This document shows, one piece after another, positions 44,653 to 55,463 of a stretch of DNA of 64,000 nt. The DNA comes from Macrostomum lignano (Eukaryota). The notes beneath the pieces are model-generated. The model saw only the letters and a list, made by a program, of their open reading frames with translations. It made no database searches and was not told the DNA's origin. A program made the translations under genes and the position numbers. Within the stretch, counting starts at the first letter, position 1. Each line of letters opens with the position of its first letter. The stretch is from assembly GCA_002269645.1 (NCBI GenBank), contig NIVC01000049.1:124001-188000 (forward strand), in the 5' to 3' direction.

Positions 44653-45941
44653 GTTTATGTTTTAAAGCTTTGCTGAAAGCATTCAGAAATTCTCTTTTGG
44701 ATTGTTGTATTTAACTACTTATGCGTTAGATGGCAGTAAATGACAGTAAATAGTCAGTTAATTAAAAGTAATTGAAAAATATGCTACTCTAAAAAATATT
44801 GACAAGACACTTGGTCACATTTTCAAAGCTAATTTAAAAAAGTGAGCACAACTGGGTGTACTTATTTTTAAAACAAAATTTAATTTGACAGCAAATCCAA
44901 GTACACTCAGCCTAATGAGAATTTAAAACAGAGGGAAAGGAAAAACATTCTAAGAGCTACTCACTTTGTAGGCTCTTTGAAGGAAGCACCTAAATAAGGA
45001 AGCTTTCAAATGAAATATTAGACAAAATTGCGGCACACACAAATGAATTTCTAGGGCACATGGCACATAGGAAACAAAAGAAAATTTTGCTTGCTATGAA
45101 GAAAGAAAAAAGAAAAGAAAAAGAAAATAGTGTGCTATACATGGTGCCCACAGCACACATCTGTATACTCTATACAGTAAAATCTTCTTAGTTCACACAA
45201 ACTGTGACACATAAATGTGTACTTGCTCCTTTTCAAATATTCAATTCAATTCAAATAGCATCAAATTTTTTTTTCGAAATTACAAATGACCCTAGATGAC
45301 CATCTACTAATACCTACATAGCAGATATGTTTTCAACTTTCATTTCTTAACAGATCTTAGTATATGCTATATCTTGCCATATCTTACCAGATTTGGCTAA
45401 TATCTGCTCATGCTAAGCACATAAATTTCTTTTCCAAATGAGTGTGAAATATTAGGAATATATAGAAAGACATATATGACAGTAACAAACATAAAAACAT
45501 GTTTCAGTTAAGTTTAAAAGTGTCATAAAAGGTGTCAGTCCAATCTGATTTTTCATGCAAGATATGAAAAAAATATGCTACTTCATGTCAGATCTTACTT
45601 TACAAGGTTTTAAATTAAACATGTCTATTTTTAAATATATGTTACTGAGACAAATTACATTCGATTTTTTAGATTACATTAGATTAGATTATATTAGATA
45701 AAGTTATACATTAGATTTTTTGATTGTAGAACTTCTAATTAATAAATGTGAATAAAGGCTAAAAAATTTATTGCAATAAATAACTTTTTTATTAATTGTT
45801 ATCACTTTAGTTGATAAAAAAATGTATGTACAAAGCATACATGCGCAACTGCTGGCCGACCTGGCCGATCTGGCCACCGTAAATTGTGGTGGACCAGGGG
45901 TAAGTCGCAAAAATTCCCAGCCTAAAGAATACGGACGTAGT

Positions 45942-46003
45942 ACTAATTAGATGACGAGGCATTTAGCCCTTATAAGACAGTCATAGTTACTCCTGCCGTT
46001 TAC
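45942..46003 (-). pseudogene. 62-nt 28S rRNA fragment spanning the R2 / I-PpoI target
   Basis: GTAAACGGCAGGAGTAACTATGACTGTCTTATAAGGGCTAAATGCCTCGTCATCTAATTAGT aligns to the conserved eukaryotic 28S sequence (recalled) GTAAACGGCGGGAGTAACTATGACTCTCTTAAGGTAGCCAAATGCCTCGTCATCTAATTAGT at 54/62 positions ungapped. Confidence 0.88.
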
Positions 46004-48127
46004 TTAAAATTGCGTTAGGGTTTCTTTTACAGGTTAGTTGCATTTTTGGTCAAAAAGTAAGTTGCATGGCCAGTGTAAATCAGGGGGGTTGCGCATGTAT
46101 GGAACAAAGTAATGAAAAAACATGCTTCTCCACATTTGCTTATTAGACTTCACTGTCTAAAGGAATAAATTTCAGAATAGTATCAGTTAAACCTTTAGCA
46201 TATATACCAAAATGTGCTTCAGACTTAATCTTAATTGGTAAGGATCATTAGGACTTAGATATGATACCTTTAAAGTTATGAGGTTAACTTGTCTCTTGAG
46301 GCAGAAGGCCTTTATTTTAGTTCAATAGATAGAATGGCAGCAAAGATTTTGTGCTGCTTTGCGCATATATTTATATTTACAAACAGTGTGAGATTAAGGG
46401 GCCTAGGGAGGTGCAAAAAGGTGACATGGTAAGATAGGCTATGCCAACCCCCTGGCTTAGCGAGCCAGCTAGCTTGGCGCAGCCACCCCACCTCAGCTAG
46501 ACAGAGGTTGGGGGGTTTCCAGTGTGGCTGCACTGGTGCTGCCAGTTGCGTACAGTCTGGCTGCCATACTCTCATATTTGATCATCATTAATGCAATAAT
46601 GCCAATGTCAAAATGATGGCAAAGCCATGACAACTGACAAATTTATCAAAAATGACATGTCTATGGGTATAATGTTATTGTTTGAATACAAAAATTTTTC
46701 CTATTTATCTTAGTAATTTAGTCATCTATTTAGTCATCTATTTAGTAATTATTATAACTTCTCTACCAACCAAGGGTACCCATGGGCCATGGCCCCCATG
46801 GCATTTCAATATGACCTTGACCTTATAGCTAAATGTAAACAATTAAGGTATTTCAGTTTATAAACTTATAAATAATATTATGTACTATTTAGCTATTATT
46901 TATAACTTTTTTACCAACCAAGGGTAGGGTACCTATTTTCTCATCCTATGACTTATGGGCTATGGCTATAAAGCCTTGACAAAAGAAGTTTCATGTAAAA
47001 AAGAAGTGTAACGTAAAAAAATAAAAGAAGCATAAAGTTGAAATTAAAATAAATGTTATGTTAGACATGAAAGAAGCATAATGTCAAAAAACCTCATTTG
47101 AAACTATGCTATGACTCTTGGAGAGAATTACTATGATGTCAAAGCTTATAAAAGGAAATAGCCAAAATTTCAAGGCTTATATGGAAACAACTAAGATGCC
47201 AAGTCTAAGTCAAAAGCTACATATAGTTTATTAAACCTTTTTATATATTATTTGTTGGCTCCTCACAGGGAGAGAAGGTTTGCTAATATAAAAAGTTTTA
47301 TGTAAAAAATAAAAGAAGTATCATGTCAAAGTTGAGATTCATTAAAATGCTACAATGTTAAGGCTTGGAAAGAATTGCTATAATTGTATAATGCTGTAAT
47401 TACTCTTGGGAATAATTACTAAAATGTCAATGCTTTAGGGTTACGACAAGGGTTAGGGTTAGCTTTAGGGCTACAGTAAATTTTTTTAAGACTTCAAGGC
47501 CTATAAGGGTCATTGCTAAGATGTCAAGACAGAAAAGTTGATATGTTAAAACTTTTAGGGGAGAAATTGCTGAGATGTTAATACAAACAAAGTATTACTG
47601 AGGTTATTGCAAAGAGATATATATGTAGTATATTTAAAAAAACTTGTATTATATTTCTGGCTTCCTAACAAGGGCACTGATTGCTAGCAATAGTTACTAG
47701 GTCTAATATAAGGTGCATGTTTCATTTTTCTTGGCACATACATTTATTTACTTATCACATAGTGTATAATTAAAAATTTGATTGTGTGTGCCAGAATAAT
47801 TTTTGGGAAAAGATCTGTATGCTATAGTTGGACTATATATATTAGTATGCCATGGGTTTAATGCCAGAAAACATAATGAAACCTCATTTCTAGTGTCACA
47901 GCACATAGAATGACCTTTTTAATCTTTTGTCCTATCACAGCGGCACATATTAAAAATGCCATGCAAGTTGTGGCAACTGTGGCCCCTTGGTAAATTTTTG
48001 CTTGACCCTTGGGGCCTTGGTGCACATATGCACATTTTTATATGCCAAATATTTTAGGGACTATAGGCCCTAGTATGCACTATAATTGTGTGCCACATGC
48101 ACTGGGGACCTTTGCTATATGTTGAAA

Positions 48128-49475
48128 GGGCAACAGATCAAAAAGGTGATAGTCAGAAGGGTGACAGTCAAAAGGGTGATAGTCAAAAGGGCGACAATCA
48201 TAATATATTTATTATAATTACAAGTTCACATGTATTAGACTTCTGTGTTCAAAATTTGTTTAAATGTATGAGTAGTTACAATTAGGCTTAGACTTGTATG
48301 TGTATGTTTGTTAACTTTGTTAAAAATTACAAGTAGAAATAATTTGAATTTGCAATCTATTTTATAATTCTCAGATTTTTAGCTAACTATTAAAAGCTTT
48401 ATAAATATCACTGGACCTATAAGAAAGGCAGAACATATCAAAAGATGAGCATTGACTCATAGAGACTAGACTGGGCAGTTTTGCAGTTAGTTTTGCGTAA
48501 TTATTTTCATTTTTTAATAAGTGCCAACGTGTCATGGAGGGTTTAATTTGTGCTGACTTGTCATGCCACATTATCCTAAAAGGCCATAGACACTTTTGGG
48601 CAAGTTTTAGTGAAGGGTGAAGGCAGCAATCTTTTACACTGCTCAAGATTGACGGACATTGATAGATGGCACATTCCCTTTAGGCTACATGTATGATATG
48701 ACTTGCAACATAGCATCATTGTGTTGATTGTTTGATTTTTCATAACGTTGGTGCATATTCAAAGTAAAAATAATTATACAAAACAAACTGCAATATTACC
48801 CTAGACTGAAAGCAATAGGTAACAACTTTCTGTGCTAAAAAATAAAAACTCACTATGTCTATTATATATCTTTCAGAAAAAAACAAATCCGGTCCATTTT
48901 GGCGACAAACCATTTTGGCAACAGGTCAATTCGGCGACAACCATTTTGGCACAATTCAAACTTTTAAAGTTTATAAAGTTTTACATTATAATTTGTTTTA
49001 ATTTAACAACATTTAAACAAAGGTTGTAAATTTGTGTAAGTTCTGAAATTTTTTGTTGCTATGAGATAAGAATAGGCCTACATTCAAAATCCTATTTAAG
49101 AATTGTTGCCGAAATGGTTGTCGCCAAATTGACCTGTTGCCAAAATGGTTTGTTGCCAAAATGGACAGCCCCAACAAGACCCAAAAAACTGCCTTGTAAA
49201 ATTTTTTAAGAAACAAGGTTTTCAATCTTTTGATATCTTAGCTAGTAGTCCTTGGTCCATTACTAATATATGTAGAATGCCAATACAACCTCTAAGATGT
49301 ACATTTTAACTACTTATAGGCTATGTTTTACAAAATTAATTTTAACAAATATACATTTTGACAAATACATGCAAGTCTAATACATGTAGACTTGTAATTG
49401 TTATGACTGTTGCCCTTTTGACTGTCACCCTTTTGACAGTTACCCTTTTAACTGTCACCCTTTTGATTGGTTCCC
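48128..49475. mobile_element. Non-autonomous TIR element with 15-nt subterminal repeats
   Basis: 48128-48260 (GGGCAACAGATCAAAAAGGTGA; repeated AGTCAAAAGGGTGAC) is inverted at ~49355-49475. No TSD was identified. Confidence 0.7.
48892..49166. mobile_element. Nested MITE with ~66-bp TIRs
   Basis: GTCCATTTTGGCGACAAACCATTTTGGCAACAGGTCAATTCGGCGAC... at 48892-48957 is nearly perfectly inverted at 49100-49166. Confidence 0.82.
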
Positions 49476-50292
49476 AGGGACCTCGGCTCAGGCTCAGTGT
49501 GCACCACTTTTATGCACAGAAAGGACTCCTTTTGTTTGAGCACCAAAATTTTCCATGGCATACGCCACCCTCCTGACTATTGGAGATTTGTTGTGTTGCA
49601 CATAGCGCACCTTACTGACCATGGCCAGTCAGTATATTAGGCCTAGTATATTATATAAAGTCAAGATATCTAGACAACAATCAAAAAAAGAATCAACTAA
49701 GAAATTAAAAAAGCATTTTTAATGAGAATGCTTAGGTAGGTTTATCTTATGACTTATGTGTAGCAGTGTAGTGTAGGCCTAGGCTAGGCCTATACCTACG
49801 GAGTAATATGGCAATTTGGCAATGGCTAATTATCAATGTGAACGATTATGAAACAAGTGTTAAACTCATAAAAACTTAAAAAGTAATAAACACTAGATCC
49901 CTGACATGTTTCTTAAAAGAAAAACAGTAAAACTAGGCCTATAAAAACTTCTTATCAATTTTTCTGAGGTAATAGTAATAGGCCTAGTAGAGTTACTATA
50001 CTTGTGTTACAATTACAACTTTGACTTTGTATAGTGGGTATACACTAAATTGATTGATACGATACGATACGTTTGTGCAAAAATATTCAACGTGTTGTAA
50101 TTTTGTATAAAAGTTTTAAAACTCTATGATTTGTTTTCTTGCTCTTTATTTGCAAAATAAAAAACAAATTTAAATTAAAAATATCTACCTACTTCAAAAT
50201 CGCAATCTAACGTATACTTTGTTAAAACTGTAAGGCGTAAAAACTCTGCAGCATAGTGGACCGTGTTGGTATTTCGCGGCCCGGCCCGGCCC

Positions 50293-50490
50293 CAGGGGCG
50301 TATAGCCAGGGAATTTCTTACGGGGGGGGGGGTACACCAAGGTGAATTTTCTACGGGGGGATACACCAAGGTAAAAGTGCTATGACAGAGTCACGTGGTA
50401 GCATGTATAGCAACAAAGGGCAAAAAAAAAGTTTTGGTCAGGCTCTTCAGGGGGGATACATCCCCCCTATCCCCCCTCCCTACGCCCCTG
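50293..50490. mobile_element. hAT-type MITE (198 bp)
   Basis: TIR CAGGGGCGTA / TACGCCCCTG; perfect 8-bp TSD CCCGGCCC at 50285-50292 and 50491-50498. Confidence 0.88.
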
Positions 50491-52036
50491 CCCGGCCCAG
50501 GCCAATTTAACTTAATTTAAATAATAGAGCATCAGAAGTTCATTAAATTGACAATCAATATTTTACAACGTAGAAGTAAATTCACAATTGGCTCTAAAAA
50601 TGTGGCATTCTGGTCAGTATTTTTTGTTTACTTATATTTTAACTAAATCAGATTTACATTGGCTAAATAGGGGCCGGGCCGTGAATTACCGATACCCTAG
50701 AATAAGCTATTAAATACAATTCAATTCAATATAATTGCTCAATACTGGCCCATACATAAAGATTGCTTTTTCACGGCATTTTAGATTTTCGAGAATATGA
50801 TTTTTAGGGTTATTGTTATATTTAGGGTTTATGATGATGAAGCCTGTATATGTTCTGAAAGGTGGAATCAGTTCAAGGACATTGGGTGGGATACATGGTT
50901 TTTTATGGGGGCGAATTGCTAAGCTCTAATTCTACATTACTACTACATGTAAAATTCCTACATTATTCTAGGAATCTAATTTTCCTTGTAGCACTCATTT
51001 TAGCACCGCATTCAGGCACTCATTTTGGCACCTAATTAAAGGCGCTACTTGGCGCCCTGAAAAAATGCATTATTTCCATAAAGGGTCGATCACAATTGGG
51101 GGCAAAGCATTTGGCTTGTCGGACCCGGTCATAGCTTTTACTGGGGAGGGATACATGGATATCCTCGATCTGTCCCCTCGATGGCGGCGCACATGAATAT
51201 GGTATATAATTTTCGTACATGTACCTCGCGGCTGTCGAATTGAAAAGTACTTTGATATTCATATCGAAATTGATGTGCACAATCGACATCGCTGACAAAT
51301 ATGTACATGTATAATTTTACATTACATCGATGGATAAACGACGTCATACATGTACATGTACGTCGTCTGAACGTCGGTGCAATAGAAAAGTAGATTTACA
51401 TGCATATTTCTCAGCGACGTCGTTAGATGTCGGAAACACGTCGGTTGTCATTGAATTGATGGACGGGTATCTGCAAAAATCACCTATAGCTATGAAAATA
51501 TGTATATTTTCGTCGTTTAGTTGAATACGCATACATGTACATGTACGAGCGTACGACTCATTTTCCCTAGAAAGCATACATGTAACTATTGTAGCAGATG
51601 AACCAAATTCGAAACAAGAACAAACAGAATTTTAGTTTCTGCCAAGAGTTTAATAAAATTTGCGACAACGGTAGACATCAAAATTTGAAGGATCTTATAT
51701 ATGTACTTCGAAAAATCAGAAGTACTTATACAATGCTTATCTAAAAGTTACAATATCTAGAGTTTAGAATTTACGAAGATTAACATATTGTAAACAAAAA
51801 ATGGCTGATAACGGTTTTAATTGCAGCAATTATAGACAAACAACAGAAATTTTAACAGCAACGGGATTGTAAAATTTAATAAAATAGCAGTGTGCATTTG
51901 CAATACATATTTTTACCTCATTAAATATATAAGCAACTAACAATAGATTTAAAAAAACCAAAACAAAACGAAGTCAAGAAGAAATGTGTTCATAAAAAAA
52001 GATGCTAGCTATCTAGCAAGCAAACGCCATCGGATG

Positions 52037-55000
52037 TCAATCCTCACGCTCAGCAATATCCTGCAGGAACAGCGCCAGAGATTGCACGGTGGTATCAAAG
52101 AAGAACTTGTGCTTCAAAGCTGCCGAAGCTGTGGAGCGTTTTGTCGGATCCAAGCGCAGCATGGCCTAAAAATTTCAATCAAAGTCCACAATATGATTTT
52201 GCATGCATATACACTGTAAATCTATTGTAGACTATAATACATATATAGGGTGGCCAAAAATGCTCACCCAATACGTATAATTAGGCAATTGAGTGCACTG
52301 GAAGATTTGGGTCTGCGGCAATCGGACTGCTGACTCTAACTTTAGTGGCGCACGAAGGAGGCCAGGGGGGCGTGAGGCACTGTGAGACAACCAAGAGACA
52401 GGGGCGCCCACCAAGAGACAGGGGCGCCCACTTAGGAGACAGGGGCACCCACCAAGAGACAGGGGCGCCAACCAAGAGACAGGGGCGCCAACCAAGAGAC
52501 AGGGGCGCCCACCAAGAGACAGGGGCGCCCACCAAGAGACAGGGGCGCCCACTCAGGAGACAGGGGCGCCCACCAAGAGACAGGGGCGCCCACCAAGAGA
52601 CAGGGGCACCCACCAAGAGACAGGGGCGCCAACCAAGAGACAGGGGCGCCCACTCAGGAGACAGGGACGCCCATCAAGCAGCCATATATTGGCGCCCTTT
52701 AGGGTTGTGGCCCCTCAAATTAAAAATCCTCCCTACGCCACTGCCTACCATTTAACCTGATGCTATACTTAGCTCGTACCTTGACAAAGCACCATACTAA
52801 ATTTAAAAAATCTATATCAGCTCACCCTAATAAGCTTCTCAGCGCAGATTGGCAAATTAAAATCGCGGAAACCGTGCGGATAAAAACGCGGAAATTGTCG
52901 ATTGTAGTCAGGTAGCTGCTCCACTCCTAGCCAGTTAGAGTTGTCCGGTGTGCCTTAAAATAGAATCAAATATTCCGGCGATTTCAGAATACTGTAGTTA
53001 ATTATGCTATATAATTTAAATACTGGTTAAATCATAACTTCTTTCAAATTTTAATAAGAATAATAACTCACCCATACGCTCAAAGATAAGAAATAGTTGA
53101 TGAATTTCGCTGTCACCATAAAATAGATGATAGCCAGTGATCTGTTTATTGAAGGCGAAATTAATTATTTAATCAAATATTGACTCCGTAAAATAAAATA
53201 AAAACTACATAAAAGCATCCAGACCAGACCAGACCAGACCAGACCAGACCAGACCAGACCAGACCAGACCAGACCAGACCAGACCAGACCAGAACAGACC
53301 AGACCAGACTAGACCAGACCAGACCAGACCAGAACAGACCAGACCAGAACAGATCAGAACAGATCAGAACAGACCAGACCAGACCAGACCAGACCAGACC
53401 AGAACAGACCAGACCAGACCAGAACAGACCAGACCAGACCAGACCAGAACAGACCAGACCAGAACAGACCAGACCAGACCAGACCAGATCAGAACAGACC
53501 AGACCAGACCAGACCAGACCAGAACAGACCAGACCAGACCAGAACAGACCAGACCAGACCAGACCAGACCAGACCAGACCAGACCAGACCAGACCAGACC
53601 AGACCAGACCAGACCAGACCAGACCAGACCAGACCAGACCAGACCAGACCAGACCAGCTTAAAAACCACAGTTAATGTCAATACCAAGCAGCCAACAACC
53701 ATGCTCACCATCTCAGCAATAACGCAGCCAACAGACCAGACGTCCACAGCTTCCGTATAATCCGGCGTCCCCAGCAGCAATTCCGGCGCTCGATAAGGCA
53801 GAGTCACAACCGACAAATTCAAAGTTCGACGCCTGTGCGACAGACTTCGGGCCATGCCGAAATCCGCCAGTTTAACAACACCGCGATTCGATAATAGAAT
53901 ATTGGCTGGCTTAATGTCCCTGTGTACGATGCTCATGCTGTGACAATGCCTCACGGCCTCGAGTAGTTGCATTGCGATACTCTGCAAATCACAGTATAGT
54001 GAATGCTTAAATACTACATGCATTAGACCAGTGGGCTGCTGGTTCTAACGCTAGTTAGAAACCTGAAAGTTAAGCACACTTGGCTGCGGTTAGTAAACAG
54101 CTGAATCACTCTGCGTCACCGAGCTCTGAATCTGAGTGGATGTTATTTTAGTTGACTGGGTGCCATTTCATCTGAGTGGGTGCCATTTCATCTGACCGGG
54201 GTGCCATTTCATCTGACCGGGGTGCCATTTCATCTGACCGGGGTGCCATTTCATCTGACCGGGGTGCCATTTCATCTGACCGGGGTGCCATTTCATCTGA
54301 CTGGGGTGCCATTTCATCTGACCGGGGTGCCATTTCATCTGACCGGGGTGCCATTTCATCTGAGTGGGTGCCATTTCATCTGACCGGGGTGCCATTTCAT
54401 CTGACCGGGGTGCCATTTCATCTGACCGGGGTGCCATTTCATCTGACCGGGGTGCCATTTCATCTGACCGGGGTGCCATTTCATCTGACCGGGGTGCCAT
54501 TTCATCTGACCGGGGTGCCATTTCATCTGACCGGGGTGCCATTTCATCTGAGTGGGTGCCATTTCATCTGACCGGGGTGCCATTTCATCTGACTGGGGTG
54601 CCATTTACTCTAAGCGGGTGCCATTTACCCCTGGCTACTGATCTTGCCCATGCTTTGCCCCCAATTTCACACACCTGGTAAAGCTCGGGCGGCAATCCAT
54701 AACCGTCAGGGATAGCTTCAAATTCAGGTGGCAACTCGCCAGTTGGCATCCGGGCAGCGTGTTGAAATTGCCTCTGGTGTTCCTGCTTCTTTTCAAAGTG
54801 TTTCCTTCGCTCCGAGAAGTGATAAATTAGGCGGAACAGGTCCCAGTCCATGTAGTCCAGCACCATGTAGCAATCGGGTCCAATTTCCAGCACGTCGCGA
54901 AGACTGTTAAAATATTTCAATAGCCATTACAATCTCCTTTTAACAAAATCATGGAACTGTTGCATCAAGCTACTCATGAGAGTAGCCTGTTGCGCGTGCC

Positions 55001-55463
55001 TTCATTATTTCTCCATAGATAAGAATTTTAATCCATCAAGGTAATGCCTCTGGTCCAGTCTAGAAACAGAACAAGAAAGTCGTTACTTACTTAACAATGT
55101 TGCTATGGTTGGTTCGTTTCAACTCGATCAGGATGCTAATCTCCTTTAGTGCTGGCAGAGGCGCGCCATTGAAATCATTGTCGAACCTGATTGGGATTGG
55201 AGAAGAAAATTGAAATTTTTACATGTACATATTTTTTATTCAATAGGAAAATTTATGAATTTTTTGTAAATTTAGTTTGTAGCTAAAATAATTGAAATCA
55301 AAACTATGCTGACTTACCTCTCAGATTTAAATTTCTTCAAAGCAACAGGCCGATTGTGAAGATTGTCCCAAGTCTTGTAGACTACACCATATGTGCCTGA
55401 GCCAATAATTTCCATGATAGAGTATTGGCCACAACTGGCCGCCAGGATTGGTATTAAGTCTTC
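52037..55463 (-). CDS. Divergent cyclin-dependent kinase (CMGC group); 7 resolved exons, 5' end unresolved
   Basis: Exons 55463-55318, 55186-55091, 54903-54675, 53981-53709, 53141-53072, 52953-52826 and 52165-52037 join in frame. Motifs: IGSGTYGVVYK, VALKK, PLPALKEISIL, HRDIKPANIL, LADFGMAR, VVTLPYRAPELLLG, DVWSVGC, GDSEIHQLFLIF, GTPD, LDPTKRSTA. Confidence 0.93.
52343..52743. mobile_element. hAT-type MITE carrying an internal 20-nt minisatellite, in the last CDK intron
   Basis: TIR TAGTGGCGCA / TACGCCACTG; degenerate 8-bp flanks TCTAACTT / CCTACCAT (5/8); about 14 internal copies of CCAAGAGACAGGGGCGCCCA. Confidence 0.72.
53219..53657. repeat. (CCAGA)n microsatellite in a CDK intron
   Basis: Direct inspection; source of the LVWSG tail of ORF 53364..54023. 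Confidence 0.97.
54155..54625. repeat. 21-nt minisatellite in a CDK intron
   Basis: About 22 copies of GGGGTGCCATTTCATCTGACC. Confidence 0.97.
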
